Shown piece by piece: positions 58,833-64,000 of a stretch of DNA of 64,000 bases (positions are counted from its first letter, which is position 1; each line of letters starts with the position of its first letter). Made by a program: the position numbers and the translations under genes. The stretch comes from Phaeosaccion multiseriatum (lineage: Eukaryota > Protista > Ochrophyta, other classes), in contig OZ218959.1 in the NCBI GenBank assembly GCA_965112735.1, positions 3,100,001 to 3,164,000 on the forward strand. The letters are read 5' to 3'. The notes below the pieces were generated by a model, which saw only the letters and a program-made list of their open reading frames with translations, was not told the origin of the DNA and did no database searches.

Positions 58833-61800
58833 CTCTCTCTTTCTCGGTCTCTCTCTCACTCTCTCTCTCACTCTCTCTCTTTCTCTGTCACTCTCTCTTT
58901 TCTCTCTCACTCTCTCTTTCTCTCTCTCACACTCTCTCTCTCTCTCTCTCTCTCTTTGTCGGCCTCTCTTTGTCGGCCTCTATGCCTCTCGCGAGTGTGG
59001 GAAGGGAAGGAAGGGAAGCGGTGGGGCGGGACGGGACGCACCTGGCGCTACTGATGGCAATGCCCCCTCATCGCCAGACTGTGAGAGCCGTTGGTGCTCC
59101 GCTCTCAGCTTGGTGAGGCGAGAGGCAATCTCAGTGTCGTTCGCATCGAGCGGCAGCTGTGCAAAAAGCGAAACACGTAAAACACGCACGCACACACACG
59201 CAGATGCACGCGCGCACACACGTACACGCACACACACATACACACATACACACATACATACAAGAGAGAAGAAAATGAGTCAATCTCTCCAAAGAAAGGA
59301 TTCGTTTAGTATCCACCCCCAGAGGGAATAGCGTTTGGAAGTCTTGATCGGAGTATTGCAGAGGCGGTAAAGTTGGCAAGAAGAGAGACCGACGGTTTCA
59401 TATGTCGCCTCCCCTCACCCCTTTTCTACTTGTTTCGATTTTCCCTTTTGTTCCGAGCCCATATGCTCTGACCTGCACCTCATGCACCTGCCCTCACCTG
59501 GAAACACGGCAAGATCGACTCGTTCTCTCTCCTTGCCATGTCCTCCCACAGCTGAGGGGGGGCGAAAAAAAGGAAGGGGTCAGGACAGAGAGGAGCAAGG
59601 GCGACAAGGGCCAAGAGAAGGGAGGGAGGGGCGGGAGGAGGAGGATGAGGGGCAGGAGGAAGAGGAGGAGGAGGAGGAGGAGGAGGAGGAGGAGGAGGAG
59701 GAGGAGGAGGAGGATGAGGGGCAGGAGGAGGAGGAGGAGGGGCAGGAGGAAGAGGAGGAGGAGGAGGAGGATGAGGGGCAGGAGGAAGAGGAGTAGGACT
59801 GAGAGTCGAGGGTTGATGGGGTCATGAATAGGAGAGGGCGGCTGTCCTTCCATGTACAGGCATAGACTACGATGAGCGCAACGCAAGGCAGATGCTCACG
59901 GGCTGGGCGAGGCGAGAGAGGGGAAGGAAGAGAGAGAGGGAGAGAGAGGGAGAGGGAGAGGAGGAGGGGGGGGGGGAGGGAGAGACAGGGAGAGAGGCGA
60001 GGGGAAGAGAGAGGGAGAGGGAGAGAAGCAGAAAGAGAGAAGCAGGAAGGAATAGAGATGGAGAGACAGATAGACAAAGAGAGAGAGGGAGAAAGAGAGA
60101 GAGAGGCTTACCCTGCGCAGCACTGAGAGCAAGCTGAGGCGGACTGACGCGTCGTTGAGACCCCAGCTCTCAAGCTCGCTCTCCAACAGAGTGGCGGGCT
60201 CTCCCCCTGCTGCCAAGAAGTCAGTGAGTCTGTCAAGGTGGGCATAGACCATCCCAGAGAGGTGTGTGTAGAGAGAGAGAGAGAGAGATCCCAGAGAGGG
60301 GTGGAGAGAGAGAAGGCGGCAGAGAGGGGCAGAGGGAGATGGAGAAGGAGGAGGAGAGAAGGGGAGAGAGGCAGAGACACCGCAAGAGGGAGCAAGGGAG
60401 AGAGAGAAAGGGAGAGTGAGAAGGAGAGGGAGAGAGTGGAATCGTGAGCCGCAGTAGACGCAGTAGACACAAGACTGGTGGGAATCACACGGACAACATC
60501 GAAAAGCAGGTGAGATCCGGCCCAAAGCCACGCCCCTCCTCCTCTGTGATAGCGCCTATCCTCTCTCACCGTTCTCTGAAGGGCCGGAGCTCGTCTGTGA
60601 GCAGCCTCCGGCTGTTGCTGAAACCATAGAACCTGTCTCCGAGGGCCTCGAGAAGCCACTCCAGCACTCTTGCATCGCCAATGCCGTTCAGACCGTGCTG
60701 AGTGAGGAGCGCACAGCACAGCATATAGACATGGGTGGAGGGATCGGGAGGAGAGGAGAGGAGAGGAGAGGAGAGGAGAGGAGAGGAGAGGAGAGGAGAG
60801 GAGAGGAGAGGAGAGGAGAGGAGAGGGGAGGAGAGGGGAGGAGATGAGAGATGAGAGGAGGAGAAGATAGGACAGGAGGGGAGAGGAGAAGCGGAGAGGA
60901 GGGGAGGGGGGGGAGGGGAGGGGAGGGTACAGGAGAGGAGGAGGGGCGGGGAGAGGAGAGGATTTGAGAGGAGAGGAGGGGAGAGGAGAGGAGTGGAGAG
61001 GAGGGAAGGGAACGGGAGGGGACAGGAGAGGAGGAGAGGCGGGGAGAGGAGGGGAGGGGAGTGGAGAGGAGAGGAGAGGAGAGGAGAGGAGAGGAGAGGA
61101 GGGGAGGGGAGGGGAGGGGAGGAGAGGGGAGGAGAGGGGAGGAGAGGATAGGAGGGGAGGGGAGGAGAGGGGAGGAGAGGGGAGGAGAGGATAGGGGTGG
61201 AGGGGAGGGGAGAGGAGAGGGGAGGAGAGGAGAGGGGAGGAGAGGAGAGGGGAGGAGAGGAGGGGAGGGGAGGGGATGGGGTTGGTCGATGGCTGTCTTG
61301 GTCGGCCTCGATCTCTATACTTTTGAAACACTCTCGCTCATCAGCTATCCTCCATAGTTTCATCCTGCACCTCGCTCCTACGCCTGCTGCTCTTCTCTTC
61401 CGCTCCTCGGTCCTCGCTCCCACGGCGTCAGGTGTCAGGCGGCACCTCTTGTCTTTCCTCTCCTCCCTGGAGCAGCAGCAGCTCCCTCCCTCCCTCCCCC
61501 CCCCCCCTTCTCTATTCCTCTCTTCCTTTATCTCCCTTTCACTCTCCTTCACTCTCCTTCTCTCTCACTCCCTCCCTCCCTCAGGGCCTGCCTCTGGGTC
61601 ATCTCACCTTGACCACTTTGTCAAACATATCCTCTGCCAACTTGATGTCCCGCTCCACAAGCTCCAGAGCCCGGCTCGTACTCCTACCGTCGTTCTGCCC
61701 ACCACTCCCACCATCCCCACCCTCCTTCTCATGTGCTTCCTTGGTAAGGTGGTCGATAAGAGTCTCATCCGGAGCCATGTTCAGATCCTGCTCGAGTAAC

Positions 61801-63412
61801 GTCCTCCAGCAGACATTGAGAGCGGCCAGCTCGCCCTAGAGACGGAAGGAGGAAGGGAGGGAGGGAGGGAGGGAGGGACGCAGGATGGGAGAGAGTTAGG
61901 GAGGGAGGGAGGGAGGGAGGGAGGGAGGGAGGTAGGTAGGTAGTTAGGGAGAGAGGGAGGGAGGGAGGTAGAGAGGGAGGTAGATAAGGAGGGAGAGAGG
62001 GAGGGAGGGAGGGAGGGAGGGAGGAAGGGAGGTAGATAAGGAGGGAGAGAGGGAGGTAGTTAGGGAGAGAGGAAGGGAGGGAGGGAGGTAGATAGATAAG
62101 GAGGGAGAGAGGGAGGGAGGGAGGGAGGGAGGGGTGAGGGGGGCGGAAGAGGGCACACAAGACGCAGAAACACGCAAGGCAAGAGAGGAGGCACAAAGCA
62201 GGGAACCACGGAACAGGGGCGGGGAAGCGGGGAAGCGGGGAAGCTCGCTGTCAATGCTGTAGTGAGTAAGTCCCTTCTTCTCCTCCATGCTTCAGGGGAG
62301 GGGAGGGAGGCCGAGTGAAGGTGAAGGGGACGACGAAGGGGGGGGGGTAGGCCGGTACTGCTGCATGCGAGCCTCCAATTGTGGCCTTGTATTGCCCCAC
62401 ACTTGCCCCCCCCCCCACCCACCCAAGGAGACCCAAGGAGACCCAAGGACACTCACCTCCAGGAGGGCGTGCAACTCTTCGATCCTTTCATATCTAGCGT
62501 TGCGGTTGTCCTTCCACACCTGTAGCTCCTGCTCCACAGCATCTTCAAGCTCCGGCCCGGGCAAGAGTAATCTTCCCGCCCCCCCATCCTCGAACCCGCG
62601 CCTGAAGCGAGAGAGGGGGGGAGAAGGGAGAAAGAGGGGGATAAGATGGGAGAAAAAGGGAGAGAGGGAGAGAGTAAGCAGCAAGCGCGAAGGTGAATGT
62701 CTGGGAGATGGAGACATACGGCCCTGACCAGGGCACCATAGTCAGTCAGTCAGTCAGTCAGTCAGTCAGTCAGTCAATCACCCCTAGACACAACTCTTGC
62801 TCCCCCTTCCACCTCCGCACATTTCGTGAACATCACTACCACGAGGGTGATCCCCCCCCCGTCTCCGTGCATTTCTGATGTCTTGGCATCATCTGACTCG
62901 CATATCCCCCCCCTCATCTCTCTCTCTCTCCCTCTCTCACCCTCCCTCCCTCCCCCCCCTCCCCTCTCTCCCTCTCTCCCTCCCTTCGCCTCTGTCTCTC
63001 CCTCTCTCTCTCTGTCTCTCTCTCCCGCTCCCTCTCACCACTTCATACCTGACACCTGACACCTGATACCTGATACCTGACAACTGATACTTGATACCTG
63101 ACACCTGACACCTGACACCTAACACCTCATACCTCACACCTAACACTTGACACCTGACACCTGACACCTGACATCTCACCTGATGTCCTCTCGGACCTGC
63201 TGCTCCCCTTCCAGCTCCTGCCCCACGCTCTGCAAATGCCTCTCCAATAGCTCCATCGCACCAACGAGCTCGTCGCGGATGGCAGCGTCGCCCCCCTCAC
63301 CCTCTTTGCCCTCATCATCCCTTGCAACGGAAGTGCCGTTGTCGCCGTCGCTCTCCCCCCCACCGGCGTTGGTGGTTCGGCCTCGCTTTCTCGTCACACA
63401 CTTGGCGAGTAC
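43160..63412 (-). CDS. ATRX/RAD54L2-like SNF2 chromatin-remodelling ATPase, >3170 aa, 5' end beyond window; exons 63412-63180, 62601-62457, 61835-61608, 60697-60570, 60229-60112, 59551-59498, 59156-59042, 57465-57332, 57027-56961, 56504-56363, 55571-54947, 54779-54186, 54024-53065, 52863-52615, 52497-52344, 52077-49418, 49017-48886, 48723-48632, 48300-48196, 48062-47997, 47624-47546, 47192-47014, 46529-46460, 46189-46064, 45238-43160
   Basis: LKEHQVEGIKFM, GGCILAHCMGLGKS, DEGHILKN, LSGSPMQNHLMEY, SGKMVLL..GDKVLVFSQ, RIDGST, FLLSTKAANMGVNL, SWNPSIDLQAMFRCYRYGQ; all 24 internal junctions GT-AG and in phase; upstream non-helicase exons are supported by phase only. Confidence 0.85.
43360..43810 (-). 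repeat. Coding poly-Q/E/H (CAG-rich) tract in the last exon of the SNF2 gene
   Basis: Directly visible (CTG)n with periodic interruptions. Confidence 0.9.
44378..44937 (-). repeat. Coding minisatellite of 30- and 39-bp units (GVMTNGWQPT / GGERVMTNGWQPT), 15 full copies
   Basis: In frame within ORF 43160..45145. Confidence 0.9.
45385..46040. repeat. Intronic (GA)n-rich tract with ~6 copies of GAGAGGAGAGGGTTGGTGAGGCGAGTCAAACA
   Basis: Directly visible. Confidence 0.9.
47349..47758. repeat. 26-bp minisatellite in inverted orientation on the two sides of exon 47546-47624
   Basis: CCTCTAYCCACCCACCTCCCCATRTG x~7.6 (47349-47546); reverse-complement degenerate copies at 47628-47758. Confidence 0.88.
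55721..56250. repeat. (CCACA/CCACC)n pentanucleotide array, intronic
   Basis: Directly visible. Confidence 0.95.
57561..58735. repeat. Minisatellite, 25 x 47 bp, intronic
   Basis: Unit CGAGTGAGACCCCTCTTAYCTGTCCYTCTCTATCTAAACATCTATAT; exact 47-bp period from 57561 to 58689. Confidence 0.97.
60748..61275. repeat. (GAGAG/GGGAG)n polypurine array, intronic
   Basis: Directly visible. Confidence 0.95.
63046..63179. repeat. (CCTGAYA)n 7-bp array adjoining a donor site
   Basis: Directly visible. Confidence 0.9.
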
Positions 63413-63464
63413 CTTGAGTAAAGGGGGGGGGGGGTAGCGTTGATTGGAGGTCGGGGAGGAGGTG

Positions 63465-64000
63465 GAGGGGGGGTGGGGAAGAGGTGAGGAAGAGGTTAAG
63501 GAGAGGTGGGGAAGAGGTGACGAAGAGGTTAAGGAGAGGTGGGGAAGAGGTGAGGGAGAGGTTAAGGAGAGGTGGGGAAGAGGTGAGGAAGAGGTTAAGG
63601 AGAGGTGGGGAAGGGGTGAGGAAGAGGTTAAGGAGAGTGGGGAAGAGGTGAGGTGACGAAGAGGTTAAGGAGAGGTGGGGAAGAGGTGACGAAGAGGTTA
63701 AGGAGAGGTGGGGAAGAGGTGAGGGAGAGGTTAAGGAGAGTGGGGAAGAGGTGAGGTGAGGAAGAGGTTAAGGAGAGGTGGGGAAGAGGTGACGAAGAGG
63801 TTAAGGAGAGGTGGAGAAGAGGTTAAGGAGAGGTGGAGAAGAGGTGACGAAGAGGTAAGGGGAGGTGGGGAAGAGGTGAGGAAGAGGTTAAGAAGAGGTG
63901 ACGAAGAGGTTAAGGAGAGGTGGGGAAGAGGTGAGGAAGAGGTTAAGGAGAGGTGGGGAAGAGGTGAGGAAGAGGTTAAGGAGAGGTGGGGAAGAGGTGA
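63465..64000. repeat. 33-bp minisatellite GAGAGGTGGGGAAGAGGTGASGAAGAGGTTAAG running off the window
   Basis: Period 33 bp (e.g. 63501 to 63534). Confidence 0.92.

Overview
GC-rich eukaryotic nuclear DNA, most likely from a photosynthetic stramenopile (ochrophyte): it carries an LHC-family antenna gene and several genes with bipartite signal-peptide + ASAFAP-like plastid presequences, and all introns I could trace are GT-AG. By manual splice reconstruction the window holds, left to right: a coiled-coil protein (-, truncated by the window), a START-domain protein (+), UTP23 (-), CCDC61 (-), a VTE6/DUF92 protein (+), ALG6 (-), an LHC (Lhcz-like) protein (+), plastid transketolase (+), an SDR (-), an intronless FNIP-like repeat protein (+), an intron-containing tRNA-Ala(CGC), a probable MITE, an Mpv17/PMP22 protein (+), a decayed F-box/ankyrin-like gene (-), an AMBRA1-like WD40 protein (+), and a very large ATRX-like SNF2 ATPase (-, at least 25 exons, starting beyond 64000). 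Introns are packed with simple repeats and minisatellites. The most striking unexplained structure is a DNA-level inverted symmetry around exons: C-rich on the left and G-rich on the right whatever the gene strand. Three short recurring motifs and one minisatellite follow the same orientation rule. Other highlights are a 25x47-bp intronic array carrying a perfect 5' splice-site consensus, a GW-repeat tail on the ATRX-like protein, and a hypervariable alternating 19-aa repeat protein. No CRISPR, rRNA or autonomous transposon was found. All gene models are hand-derived and need RNA-seq confirmation.
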